A stretch of 64,000 nucleotides of DNA. Origin: Botryllus schlosseri. Lineage: Eukaryota. Numbering within the stretch: the first letter of the stretch is position 1; the number at the start of each line of letters is the position of its first letter. Shown piece by piece: positions 37,874-51,739 of this stretch. The stretch lies in NCBI GenBank assembly GCA_051294905.1, contig CM119373.1:27342001-27406000 (forward strand). The letters are read 5' to 3'. The notes beneath the pieces were generated by a model that did no database searches, had not been told where the DNA came from, and saw nothing but the letters and a program-made list of their open reading frames with translations. Both the position numbers and the translations under genes were made by a program.

Positions 37874-40497
37874 GTGTCTGCATTATCATATGTTGGAAAT
37901 AGGCGATAGCCTTTTGCCTTCAACCATTTTTACGTCGCAAATTAGTCTGTGATTGGGACTATAATTCGTCGTATCGGCCTGATCCCTGGTTATGTGTTCC
38001 ATGTAGGAAAATTTCCAAATAAAGACTGCTGATTGCTCGGATGATCTCAAATACACTTCCACTCAAAATATTTCTAGACGTATTATAATTCCCAAATTAT
38101 ATTCGTTCAATTTTGAAATTAGATAAATGTAGATGAGAGACAAAATGTCATGAACACAAGCCGCACAATATTTTAGACAGCCTTAATATTTTTGTTACGT
38201 ACTGTTTACTTGAGAAATATTTTGCGCAAGTGTGCTTCTTTTAGTCCCCATTCACGCAATTATTCACCATTACGCTTTTTGATACGGACAATACGAATTC
38301 TCATCTGATTCGAATATGAGCGATAGAAATTAGATTCGATACCCTGTGTATTCGCAATCTTGAAATTTGCTGCAGCTCATTGAATGTTCCGTGCCTGTTC
38401 TCCATGATTTGAAGTTTGACGAAAGATGTTTCATAATGTTAAAATGTGTTAACATGACTCTCTCGTGACCGACGACAGTTTCTTGGGTTATCAACTGCAC
38501 TGCGACACCAATATTTCTAACAAACAACATTTCCATCGTACCCCGGTTCATAATCAGTGCTGTATAGACCATTCAATAGCGCCGGATGTTTGAGCACGGG
38601 GGAAATATCCTTATGAGCCTGAAAACAAAAGCATGCGTCACGCGCAGGTCAAATGGCAAAACTTGGAGGTATATATACGCGGTGATATTGACTCCGTCGA
38701 TTCCAGGATCCCTGAACCGAGGAAATTGCCTCATGCGCCACGATACAAAGACTTGAGTGACCCGCAGTTGCACTGACTTGTTGCGGATAGTTCATAAAAT
38801 GACCCTACCACATTTCCTCATTCCAGATATTCACCACGATGTTCGTTGTTTGTATTATCAGAAAACGAAGTATTGTTTGACACGCAAAGCGGACGGCTAT
38901 CCTCCGCCTGTAGGTCACTCTGAAGAATCAATTCTGTTATGGGAAAGGGATTTCCCGTTGTATGGTCATTGGGCAATCATGGAAGGAAATCGCGGCGTTT
39001 CTATACTCCTCCATTAGTGGTTAATTTCAAGCTTAAACCATGCCACATTTCAGACACATTGTGAAAATATTTACATGAAACGTGCGCATTAGGGATATAG
39101 TGTGAGAGAAATCAAATGAACGGTTTCAAAAGATATAGGAAGGCCATAACAATAACCAAAACGGAGATGGATCTTAAGGGATATGTAACATATTACGAGT
39201 ATCTTAAGATCGCACTGTACGAACTTTATAAAGGCAGCGCGAGGTGTACATGTACACCTGTTGATTGTGATGTCATTGCAAATCTAACTTGATGCGATAT
39301 TTTGCTTAATTCGTACATTGCGTTGCGGCCGCCAATAGTTTATCAGAGGTTTTCCTCATAATACATCCATGCACCCTTGTATTATAGCGGAATCAATACA
39401 TATACGACACACTGCTACTTTGCACCGGAGTACTCGCGATACTGACTTCATTAGAATATTAAAAAGACAAATACCGAGTACCGAATCGCCGTTGCGAACT
39501 TTCGAATTAAGTTTTATAATCCTACATGAAAAATTATTGGCTTTTGGGTCTCACGTGATCAGGTTAGGTATAGAACAAAGCAAGTCTGCAACTACAGAAA
39601 TTTGAGTTGAGTTTTGAAAACATCCTACCACTCACGCATTACGGATTCCGTTATGAGGTCATTCATAAAGCAGGAACGCATTTTGTGTACACGAGGAACA
39701 AACAAACGAATTATCAAAGCTGTTGTGAGAGACTGAAAGTAAGTGACAGTGTCACACACGTGCGACCGTCATCATCGCTTTCGCGGCATAATTGATGCTG
39801 TTGTTCATTCGGATGTAACGACTTGTTTACGTGCAATCCACATCACGCGCACACCGCACAGGTGTGTGGGACCGTTCAAGTTACGCATGAATGACTACAA
39901 TTGTGGCAAACTCAAAAACAAATTAGGATGCATTTTATGATGAGCAGCACAAGAACGCATGGTGATTTTCGAGCGCAGAATCCTAATGTCTAAAAAAAGT
40001 ACATACAATGAAGAACAGAACAAACTAAACTATGCGTTTGACAAAATGTTTCTCATACTTTTTAACTCCACGGTACTTGTTTCATGAATGGATATCGTAT
40101 ATTCCATCATTCTGGCGGAAGCGCTATGTGTACATTGTACAATAGGGCTGTTCAAAAATAACTTATTTTCCTTGATCGGTGGATAATCTGAGAATTATCA
40201 ACGAAAAACTTACATACCTCCGCTTCTACTAATTGGAATGGAGTCAAATTTGTTTTGCATCGTCTTTGAAGACAGCTCTACAATTTCATGGGGTCGACAG
40301 AAAAATTTGCTGTTTTTTTAATTTCCCGCAGTTAATCAAAAAAATTTGATCCGGGGAGTCTTTAACTTTTTGGAATTTAGCGTTTTTTAGGGTAACCTGA
40401 CAATTTAATCAGTGAATGGCTGGAATCCGGGAAAAAAGTTATTTTTGAACAGTCATACTACACACAGTCACCAATCTCACGGATCTTGCGTCTAAAC

Positions 40498-40822
40498 CAG
40501 TGGTTCCAAACCTTTTTTTTAGACACGCCCCCCCTTTATGATAGTGAAAAATTTCGCGCCCCCTTATCGTCATATCACAAAATCCAACCGGGATGCTATA
40601 GCAACCTCAACAGATTGTTTGATGGCATGCAAGGTTATATGAGTGCTGATGAGAGAGTTAAAAAATATGAAATTCGGTCTATATATTGAGAAACACGCGT
40701 GAATTGGCGGTAAATCGCGCGAAGCGCGAAAATATTTTTCAGTTGACCGCTTCTTCGCGCCCACTTTCAGATGCTTTGACGCACCCCCAAGGTGGGCGCG
40801 CCCCCCAGGTTGGAAACCACTG
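40498..40822. mobile_element. 325 bp hAT (Charlie-like) MITE
   Basis: TIRs CAGTGGTTCCAAACC / GGTTGGAAACCACTG; TSD GTCTAAAC / ATCTAAAC. Confidence 0.88.
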
Positions 40823-40849
40823 ATCTAAACAGAGGGTTCTCACCTCACG

Positions 40850-41144
40850 AAACCATAATCCGCCAAGAACAGCACCCAGAGCGTTAAATGTGCACTGTTC
40901 AGAAGCACTGTTCAGAACTATTGTCAGCTGTATGAATTCCCTTGCCACAGGACACAAAGAGCCGAACAGTGATGACCTGCCGGCGCAAAATGTCGATGCC
41001 GGGAAAATAATGGGGAGCTACCAGCCATATTGTGAAGACTCAGATGCTGTTTTTGTGACATGGTTATTGCGTCGAATGAATCCTTTACTTTACGCCCAAA
41101 TTGATTTCGTGCGCCTCCGTTACGTCATTGACGACATTGATTAA
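40850..41144 (+). pseudogene. GPCR remnant (TM6-TM7)
   Basis: AVFVTWLLRRMNPLLYAQ with NPxxY at 41079; lies between two hAT elements. Confidence 0.45.
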
Positions 41145-41829
41145 CTTCATTTCAATACGGGCGTAATCGCGATTGTAAATACATCGTCGGGAAATAGTGT
41201 ATTTACCGGATTGCCGCCATAGTGTTGGGTAGAAATCTGACCATCGGCTTATTCAAGTATACCACATTTTGCTTTAATGCCCATTCTAATCGGAGAAATC
41301 TAGTTAAATACGCCAATCCAGTATTGTAGTGGGTTATGTTTACGTGTAACACATTTTTGCGGCCTTCTCCCTCCCCAGGTGATAAATCTTCATAACAATT
41401 GTGACATTTGACTCGTTTTCAATCTTTGTAATAGGCGTGAAAGCAACATACGGTACCTGATTTGCATTCATACATTATGGTGCAAGTCGTCGAAATAAAC
41501 AACGTTCGTTTACGGCAGTGGTTCTCAACCTTTTTGTCTTCGCGGACCCCTTTTGGGTCGTCACGGACCCCCACGGACCCCCGACGTTTTAGATCAAATT
41601 TAGCTCAAAATTCGCACGATCATCATCTGTCTTCTGCAAATGATAACTGCAGGGCTAGTGATAAACAGCAACAAAATGACTTTTCTTCGAAATGACATCC
41701 TGTTCATGTAGAAATTGGGTTGACTTTTATTATTTCAAAGCGAATTCTGCAACTGCATTTATTGAAATACGTGGTCATGCCTTGAAAATCCGCACCTTCC
41801 ATTTGATATGAACGAATGCAGAAAATAAC

Positions 41830-42958
41830 ATAGAAACAACAACAACGAACTGCATATATATATATATCGACTTTCAATTAAATAGAAGGGCAAAAGAAAA
41901 CAGGAAACAAAAGAACATCAAGATAATCAGTTTTGGCCCTTGTTAAGCGCCTCCAGCGTGGGCGGTTGTGGGCGTCTTCGAGCGATAGCCCGAGTTGCGC
42001 TATAGTTCGGTCTCTATTGTCGAGCGCCATGTGGTTCTATTCCAACCACCTCTGCGCCATGGCTCCGTCGGAATGTGGTTGATGATGGCAGCGGCTGGTT
42101 GATCGTCTTGATACCGCACTAGATGACCGATTAGGAGGAAACGGCGTTCAGCAGCCAGCAAACGGTATGGAACCGTTTTTGTTAGTTTGCGCAGTGCATT
42201 GGTGGATAAGTGCTCCGGGTGGTGGATGCCGAGTGCGTAGCGGAGCAGTGCCTCGTAGTTGGCGTTGAGTGTCCTAGCCAGCTTTTCTGTCAGCGTGAGT
42301 GCTTATATTCCGCAGAGAAGAACCTGCTCGACAGTGGCTCGTAAAATGCGGGTCTTGAGCTGGGGTGTAGCACTTGAGCGGAAGAGACAATGTAGCCGTC
42401 TTGCCGCGCCCAAGGCCTTTGCTCGCCTTGCCTTCAGCGCTTTTCCAGAGTACGCGACGTCAACACCGAGGTACATAAAACTCTTCACATTCTTGAGCCT
42501 GACTTCTCCCAGTTGAATTGGTGTCGCGTTCTCCGGCAGAGCTGGTATAGCCACAACCTCAGTCTTCTTGGCATTGATCTGGAAGCCAATAAGAGCGGCG
42601 GCGGCCTCTAGTTGGTTGATGAGGCGCTGTGTCGATGCGGTATTCGGGGCAAGCATGGCGAGATCGTCTGCGTAGGCAAGAATACCTACGTGGATAGCCT
42701 CGCGAGTCGTACGCGTACGCGTTCATTGCCGTGATTGCCATTCAAAGAAGTCCGAGTTGTCCGGGAAGGCCGTTCGTAGCACGAAGTCAAGGATTATCAC
42801 GAACAAGAATGGTGCCAATGTGTCACCTTGAAGCACGCCAGCCTAAGTGGTAAAATCTCCGCTTGGACCGTCATCTGTTCGGACTCGCGCTCGTGTGTCA
42901 ATGTATGGAGGGCCATAGTGGCGTACTTTATCACCTCAGGAATTCCATAGAATCTGGA
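41830..42958 (-). mobile_element. 5'-truncated RTE-clade non-LTR retrotransposon (reverse transcriptase C-half)
   Basis: GVLQGDTLAPFLFVIILDFVLR, ILAYADDLAML, GFQINAKKT, SFMYLGV, KTRILRATVEQVLL, PWRRGGWNRTTW; in-frame stops; ends near (AT)n/(GTT)n at ~41830-41870. Confidence 0.93.
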
Positions 42959-42962
42959 ACTG

Positions 42963-43075
42963 CAGGTAAATCGCGCAAAGCGCCAAAATATTTTTCAGTT
43001 GAGTACATCTATGTTCTCTCCTTCTGATTCTTTCCCGCCTCATAAAGGGGGTGCGCCCCCCAGTTTGAGAACAAC
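42963..43075 (+). mobile_element. Right half of a 40498-family MITE
   Basis: ggtaaatcgcgc.aagcgc.aaaatatttttcagttga matches ~40709-40746; ends gcgcccccagtttgagaacaacag followed by atttagac. Confidence 0.75.
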
Positions 43076-44841
43076 AGATTTAGACAAAGAAAGATGGTGA
43101 CGAATGTAATAATAACGGGTAACGCTTCCGACGAGACAATTAGGCACGATCACACCAATTATGGCACCAAACATTTTTTTTATTGAGCATTTAACATCAA
43201 GCCCGTTCATTTCTATCCAGTAGCCAATCTTGAAGTTATCATGGAATAGTGGTTATGTATATCACAGGAGAAATTGGATTTTTGTAAACATATCCAAGTG
43301 ACAGTGATTGACCTTACCAATGCAACTATTAGTTTTGTACACGATCTCCAACGAAACAGCGAAACATTTGTATCAGTAGGATATTGCCAATTAGCAGCTA
43401 AAATGAGTCTGCCCAGCAGGATATTTCATCTTTGGCGGCCATTCAGTTGATGTGAGTTCTACTGCTAATGAAGAAAAACTGCCTCGTGATTTTCCTAATT
43501 AAAAAAAAATACAAATTTGGTTAAAAACAATCTTGTAAATTCAGAGGCTTCGCGGACCCCCTGGAAATGCTTCCCGGACCCCCGGTTGAGAACCGCTGGT
43601 TTACGGCATATCTTTAGAGCGATCGTGAGATGAGACCAGACCTTGGCTGTCAACCAGTATGAACACGAGGCTGTGATTATCAGAAAGTTTTCCTTTCAGT
43701 GTATTGAATGGATATAGCTCGACTCAAAGCCGATATCAGAATCATCAAAGGAATGCTTAATTAGTAACTGCGCTATGTCGGATGTGCAATTTTTTTCACA
43801 TCGCCTATTTCGCAAGTAATTATCACCGATCGAACTCAGCACGATTCGCAGATGTTTCTGCCTCAACAACGGAATCGGAATAACAGGATAATTTTGTGCG
43901 CTTTGACATATATCGGATGGTATAATTTCAGGAAATATATTTACCGCGCTATTTTGGTATGGACCAAATCTTTCAAGTGGCACACACAGGTTTCGGCACT
44001 TCAAAACTTGATTGTATGACACCTGCTCGTCATCACTGACAGTTTCTTCGAGAGCGCGGAATTCTGGGCATGCCTCACTAGTTTGAAAAGGGATGTTCTA
44101 TGTTATTTCTCAACTGAGCGATTCTATGGTAAATGAAAATGCATATCTATGGGGCAGAGTCCGACACAAACTCTTCGATTCTTTCATAAAGCCAACACTC
44201 TGGAAAAATCTAATTGCAGTCGAATATGAAACATCATATATATCATCCCACTTTTCCGAATCTAACCGTATCAGGCATCATAGAATTCGTCGGACCGGAG
44301 ACAAGATACTCGAATAGGACTGTCATTCCACAGATGTGGTATTCGAATCGTCAGATTGGTAACTCGCAATACCTGATCTGGTTTGAATATGGCAATTAGA
44401 TTATGGAACGTCTGCTTCTAAGATGTACGAATCAGTTATGATTCGAATTGCTTAATCTTGACGACTTCTCAGTCTCTCGGGTCGGAGTTGGTGCTTTTTA
44501 CAAAAGTAGAGCGTCAGTAACATTGAGAATCTGCATATCTTGGTTGGGGACGGGTGGTGGTGTATATTTTCGATCCGTTTATATGTGCATATGCATATGC
44601 ATGATATTTCAACATAGTTGACTAATAGTGTCAGCAACTATTTTGGACGATCAGAGTAACTGAACATAAGAACAGTGCATGGTAACTACTCAACAGGTCA
44701 ACTATTATAATAGTGTTGACTATATGGCACTGTAAAAGCAGGGTATAGTGTGGGGAAAATAACTTACGGACAATAATCCTGTAGCCAGTACAGGTTGGAT
44801 GAATCGGATAAAGTCAGGCGCATAACCTATCATCTCACAGA

Positions 44842-45750
44842 TTGATACAGCCCACACGCTTTAATAGCAACCCTCATGCACTGAAAACGTGTCTGATTGC
44901 GAAAATGCCCTTTTTCGGCCGCGGCCTGCGTGTAATTGCGAACGTGGAACATCGCAAATTCAAATGCGGACGTAACGTCGCCTCAGGCCATCCTCGCCGA
45001 GCCGATCGCAAGCTTCGGCAGTGTACATTTGGTGGATTCCTCGGTGCAATTAGTTTCGGTCACAACCATACACACCGCCGCAACCTATCGATAATTACAC
45101 GTGCTAATTGCTACATGCAAGCCTCAGAAACAAGACTCTGTACCTACTAGTTAGCGCACCGCACATGAAATTACGTTCAAGTCAGGAAGTTTTAGTGGTT
45201 ATAGGCTAACGCGGTTTCTCGACAACGCGCTAGAGTTTTGGCACCCAATCAACGGAAGTTGGCGACTCAGTGACGACAATTAATTTGGAAAAAGCCACAA
45301 TTTTGCAAGGGTTACGTCATGGAGAGAGCTGGTTGCTTTCTCCCAATGCAATGCAAATCGATGAAAAAAACGCTCACGTATTATTTGCGTATGACTTCAT
45401 AGTAGCGTTTACAGCCTCTATGCATCCTGACATAATTACGAGATTCAGTCAAAATCCCTGGCTTTAGCCAGTGCCTCGGCGCTGTTTAGCAGAGATTAAA
45501 TACACCAGTTCAATTCAAACTGATTGTCGTAATGTCAAGTATGAAAACATCTCTGGCGCCAAGATATTGAGTAGAGGTCAGTGTGCTGAGGTAGGTAACA
45601 GTACCTCACTGTAATGGTGAACTTGGTAAATATTTGTTTTACGGATTTGGAACGGTATATCTAGAGCCCAGTGTCTCTTTCTGGTGTATACAAGAGCGGC
45701 GTCGCACTGCGAGTGAGTGTCGCTATGAAAATAGTGTATATTGGCACACA
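44842..45750 (+). pseudogene. GPCR remnant (TM5-TM7)
   Basis: IITRANCYMQ (TM5 end), DEKNAHVLFAYDFIVAFTASMHPDII (TM6, 45360-45435), VYLEPSVSFW (TM7-like). Confidence 0.4.
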
Positions 45751-46184
45751 GGGCATCTCACAGAATCAGATGAACGAATTCTATCAAACTGTCATGATAC
45801 ATTATTGCTACTTCATGCATGTTTATCATGTACCTGCGCAATTTCCGCACACCTAATACGAGTACTAATGACAATAAACGATATAATCAGTCACTTTGTC
45901 GTTGGACAATGTAAAGCAATATACATTTGATTCTACTAATGCTTGTGTATCTATAATTTTTCATCATGATGACAAGGTTCCAAAACACGAGCTTCTGGAG
46001 ATATGTTGGCTATATTACAACGCCTTTACTCGGCGAATATACACACCATACAGTCCATACATTTTCATTCGAAGAAATAATATTAATCACAAATCATTCG
46101 GGGAAGATCCGCCACAGATTCACCCATGTTTTTAGTTCATAAGTGTTTGCGTAAATGTGTATTTCCGAAGGTCGTGGCGGTTAT

Positions 46185-46290
46185 TCTCTCTCTCTCTCTT
46201 GCCTTTTTCCCATCTTCGTCTCATTCTCTTCTCCATGTCTCTCTCACTTGTAAATCAATTTCTTCTCTCATTTAGGTCTGCTCTGCTCTG
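46185..46290. repeat. CT-rich low-complexity tract
   Basis: (CT)n and pyrimidine runs. Confidence 0.7.
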
Positions 46291-49200
46291 CTCCAGAACA
46301 GTCCAAGCACCTGCTGAGCTCAATCAACCAATCATAAAATTCCAGCGATCATACCACAAGTTTATTCGGCAAGTAATGAAACAATATTTAAAAACGAAAT
46401 ATTGAAGTCTCAAGATTTGACTCACAAAATTTTCACAATATTGTATCTCATAAGATAGCAAACGATGCTGGGTGCAATGCAAAATGCTGCACCGAGTCTA
46501 GTTACCTATGCTGCTATTGCTGACAATATACCAAGAAATATACGAAAAATTGTGAAAATGCCAAGGACCAAAAAGTTAGAATTCCGCATTAAAAAGATGC
46601 TGTAGCATACAGGCCTTTGTAGAGTTAAATTCAAAACTGCTGAATGCACTTTGAGGAGGCTTCAAGTATTTTTTGTAATCACAGTGCCTACCAGCCAAGT
46701 AACAGTACGATGTCGGTACATACACTTCCGAGACGCCTATTGATCCCAAAATAGGATATTAAAATGCCTTTTAGATGTGATTTTCTCTGTCCAATTAGTG
46801 AATTTAAAATACGAGAACGGCTTAAAATAACAACTCAGTCTAATAATATAATTAATTAAAGGGATGCATAAATTATGAAGAAAGTTAGCTTTTTATGTTT
46901 ATTTTTTACTGCATCTGAAACCAGAACCTCCGAATTTCGGTAGAAGTATATTGTAGATATCGGATATGGGATTTGTAATAAATTTGAATGGAAATTGCTC
47001 TCTAGAGAACATTTACATGACATAATCTAAAGCAGGTGGGTTTGAACATTCTTTCCGAAAAATCAAACATTATTTACTTCTATCGATATATAAATGATTA
47101 TTATATTCATATTGAAACAATCCAATATTTTCGACTGACGCACGTCAGAAGTAATCGCCAGCAACTAGTACAGAATTGACATGTAGGTGTCTTCCTTAGT
47201 CTATGTAGAACACACGATCCCACACGCATACTCAGCGATCCCCACGACATGTTGCGATAACAGGCAATGATAAGATTAAAGCGAAGTACCTGCGATGAAC
47301 TGAAGCATATTAAAACTATTTTATTTTACGTAGACCCATTTTCCATTTTACTGGACACCAAATAGTTGGACTATTTGATGTAATTCACTGGAGTAGAAAG
47401 GATTCTCTATCCGGTATATGCTAAATCCTCGACGAGTAGTGGTGTAGAGTGTTTCATATTTTGATTTTATGTGTGTAGTTTCCCGAGTTGGTACCTTACA
47501 CACGGGATGGGTTTCACATTCACCATTATATCACACGTTGCATCACGGTACGAAGTGCTACAATAACTATCTTGTAATAACAAGTAAGAGATATATGTAT
47601 AAACACATACTTGGAAACGGTCGATGACCTTCTCATGCACCTTCATTTTACGATGTTGCTACTTTGTTTTCTGTAATTTTCTCCACTCAAGAACCCTTTG
47701 AAACTGGGTGTTAATTATCGATATTTACAAGACAACTCGTGCTCGGCGCGCGATGAAAGGGCCAAACTGGCATCGCGTGGATAGCATCTTCGAGGTTACT
47801 TAAAGGTTGTTCTGAGTAGTTGGTCCATTGATTCCAAAGAGTTGTAATTAGTTGCAGGGGCTTAAAAGCGGGTGAAATGTTTTACGACAACGTGCGCTGT
47901 CAGGTTACGGTTGTAACAAATGGGAATAATAGATGGATTGGCAAATGATACGGTTTCTAATGTGGGCTACTGCTATGCAACAGAAATACACATAGTGACA
48001 CTGGGCATAGGGACACTAAAATAGTCATGACATTTTAAAACTATTATATCAATCTATTAAAACCAATCAGGCTATACATTGGCCCCTCGTGGATAAAATA
48101 TGTGCAATAATGTATGTACTACACAATGCCACTGTGGTACGCTTAAATAAGTTATGAAACGATTAGGGATGTCGGGATGGCCTATATTGAATGACAGACG
48201 ATTCAATTCGCATTTTAATAGTAACGCCATAATCCAATCAAATCACTATATTTTATTGTATTGTAAAATTATTTAGATAACTTTCGTGCAGTACTTAGGA
48301 ACACCAGAGGCTTGATAGGATAACGATAGGATACACATGAATGTATTAAAAAGCTTAGTGTTTCAGCACGTGATATGCTTGCACAAGTACGTGAGCAACG
48401 TTATTGGGAGCGGTCAGTCGCCGCCGCTATGCCCGCAAGAAAAAGGAGTTATCCGCAATGTGATTGTGAAAGCTGATTCGATCAGAAGTTCTTGACTCGA
48501 ATCGGGTGGCATCAAAATGGTTCGAATCGATGTCGAATGTGTTTCGTATTGACCATGGCTTATCGTGAAGCCTGAAGTAAACTTATTCCATCTCCGAAAA
48601 AACGTGATTTCTGTTAGATTCTGCAAAATACGCATCGTATACTATAAATCTCTTATTTGAATATATTTTCTGAAACAGAGTTATTGTACAAAACATCGAA
48701 AATACATCCATGTAAGTTTACGTAGTCAATTCTCAAGAAGCTCGATTGAGAAGACACGGTATTCGAATATGGGGTTAAGGGGTTTAGGCATGAAATCACA
48801 AGGATGAAATAGCTCTTTAAATCTTTATGTCGTTAAAAAGTGAATGCAGTGTTGCGAGAATGCTGCAATGTGTGCAATCTTGCGATAAGAGCGATTTGAC
48901 ACCAGATATCGTTTTGACAAATGTTAGCAACGATAGCGTACAGCGTGTGTACTGACTGACATTGGATATACGTGAAACTTTCAAATTGTAATGGCACGCA
49001 TGAAGAGGATGTAATTCGTCTCAATTTGCATTCTTTCCAGCGACTTACCGGAAGGTTCTCCGCAATTTTCAGTCCAAACTAGCAATTTTGGTACAATGGA
49101 TGGAATTCGTAATCCCACCATCTTTGTTCGCCGAGATTGTTCGACCTGATAACGTCTCAATTGCTCGTCGGTTCGCGCGAGTATTTGCTTTTGACTGAAC

Positions 49201-49528
49201 GATAAATATGATAAACGGTTTTGCAAGGTCGTATTACGCATGAACTTCTCACGGCCCGGGTCGCAGGTTGAAAGTATTGTGAAACGCCGACTGCGTCGTG
49301 ATACACAGACACAAGTACAAGGGTCAACTTTGTATGCGTAAGGTGTTACACTTCTACTCTTGGAATTGGGGTTCGTGGAGATAGGAATTATGACAATATT
49401 ATCAATGATACTTTTGCTGTTGAGGGTGAACACTTGGAAGATGTATTTTCTTGCATAATTAACCCTTATGTTCTTGGCTGAACTCGCCTGACAATGATAT
49501 CTTGTGAAGTCGATCAACAAAAAACTGA

Positions 49529-50050
49529 TTGATTGTCGTGTTTTCGTTGTCCGGTGATGTACCACATTTCAATTGTTTTGTCGTATTGGTGCAATATTTA
49601 TATCGTTTGATAGAAGTCCTGCGGCGATACAATACATCAAATATGCTATTACGAATACGTAATTTACCTCAATATCGGGAATTCCTATACACGGGTTGGA
49701 TTCGTACATACTGGCATTGCGGTAGAATGGAATAAAATGCATTCTCCCGCCAACTTTTTCTTTAAAACTTGCTGCTTTCGTAGTGATTTTTACGTCACAA
49801 TGTAACCGTCACTCCGGTAGCCTACAGTTCATGAATCTACTTGGACTATAATATCTTTAGGCTTTAAAATTTCATCCACACACGACACACAATGTACAAT
49901 GCGATGCACAAGACACAATGGGACGTAATGCAGTGGATAGATATAGATGGATGTCGAAACTGCCACCAAATTATGTTATTGACAACACTTCTGTCTCGAT
50001 ATAACCCGGTAATAAGTCGCATATATGTATATTTTGGTTGTCACAGTAGA
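49529..50050 (+). pseudogene. Possible GPCR remnant (TM5, TM7)
   Basis: PHFNCFVVLVQYLYRLIEVLRR and MLLTTLLSRYNPVI (NP at 50003). Confidence 0.3.
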
Positions 50051-51518
50051 ATACAGAAACAATGTCGTGTAGGTAGTATATTGTTTACTGACATCTTCAC
50101 ATTAAGCACGTCAGATGAAAGCAAACAAGTATCGGTATCTCCCACAAAAGATCGCGGCCCTGTTCCGTAAGTGCGTTTCGATAGTTCACCTGATCTGTAC
50201 AAACGTTGTAACAGAAACGCGTGGAATATGTATGCCGCGGTAAATGGGTCTCGGCTAACGTAGTTATACGCCCGTTTAAAGATCAAAGCCCAGCACTATT
50301 GTATAGTCGCCATTTGTTATTGTAATGGAATTCTAAAGGCCGTTAACCCGTCTAAATTACTTTTAATGTTGTGTTTACTTTTCGGAATATTGACACTCAT
50401 ATTGAAGTACACAGATAACGCTTGTATGGGTAGACTTGCATTAAAAGTTTTAGTATATTGCATTCCAAATTGTAACGATTTAAACGTTATGAAATAATCC
50501 ACATTCATATACTGAGTATTAGTTTGGGCATATTTTAGCAAGCACCTTCGTGTTTAATCACATATATCTTCATATCATGATATACATGCCAGCATCGATT
50601 ACTCCAGATTATATATCATATCCGAATACAAGACTACTACAAACTCATTATTCCCCATTAAACATTCATAAAGATATAGGGTATTTCAGATAATTAAAAT
50701 AGGATCATAGAGAGCTTGAATATGCGTGCGACCAACTATATCATGATTTAACACGTTGTGGCATTATTGTTTGCAGCAGATATGACAGTAAATAAATTGA
50801 AGCAAGCGGGGTATATACATATATAACAGTTGAGCAGTGAACAAAGTTGAGCTGACCTAAATGAACCGTGACTCAATTTGATATTAGTGAAATGTTATGT
50901 ATTTTCTATCAGGGCTATAGTGACCACACTTCACAAATGTCCGTACGCAGCCTGCTGGTTGTCAGACTGCGATTGCTATTTATCACATTGCGTCGATGTC
51001 GCACGCACTTGCAGCACTCCGGCGAAACATTTACTCGCTAATACCTTGGAGATTTAGAGTAGCTCGATAACTAGTTTTATGTTAAAACCAGCCGTATTCC
51101 CCAGATGCAAAATGCGGCTTTGCTACCAGGAAGAACGATCGCTTACTAACGAAGTGTCTAGATACTGACATGGCGTGCATGCTGATTATATAAGATCCTT
51201 GCATCATTTATGAGCGTGAGATGATCTACCGTGTTTTCATTAATATTGAAATACGCCGTGCCGCCCTGGACTCGGACTTTTTTCATGGCTGATTTTGCAA
51301 GCTGTGGGCGAATTGTCAAATGAAAATTTATTTATACTTTCAATACTATGAATACACATGGTAGGGGTTACACCCTTCCTTGCCACTGTAATGTGTACCT
51401 TCATTGATTTGCTGAAATTATACTGAAAATACGTTATCTTTATTCACAATATTTTCCGCTGAAGTGTATGTAATCGCTAGGTCAAACTATTATGTAAGTC
51501 AGTTACAATGAACTGACT

Positions 51519-51600
51519 CAGTGGTTCTCAAACTTGGATATACGCTGTCTTTTTGGGGTCCGCGATACATTTTTTAGAGACAGCGAGTCACCTTCCAAAA
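51519..51600 (+). mobile_element. Solo left end of a Charlie-like MITE
   Basis: CAGTGGTTCTCAAACTT..ggggtccgcga; no matching right end nearby. Confidence 0.6.
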
Positions 51601-51739
51601 AAATTACACGATCCAGGAATTTTTGAAATTTTAGATTTTTGAAATATAAAAAAATATTTCACGATGTTATTTATGGCTGCGCTGTCAAAAACACAATCAA
51701 ACACATTCAAGCTGGACGCAAAAATCATCTACATCCGTT

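Larger units (their letters stand above)
41516..43598. mobile_element. 2083 bp non-autonomous hAT element with nested inserts
   Basis: TIRs CAGTGGTTCTCAACC / GGTTGAGAACCGCTG, subterminal cttcgcggacccc at both ends, perfect 8 bp TSD GTTTACGG. Confidence 0.92.

Noticed and set aside
37551-37952. 133-aa ORF (NPNP repeats)
   Set aside because: It is a translation of the MITE AATCC repeats.
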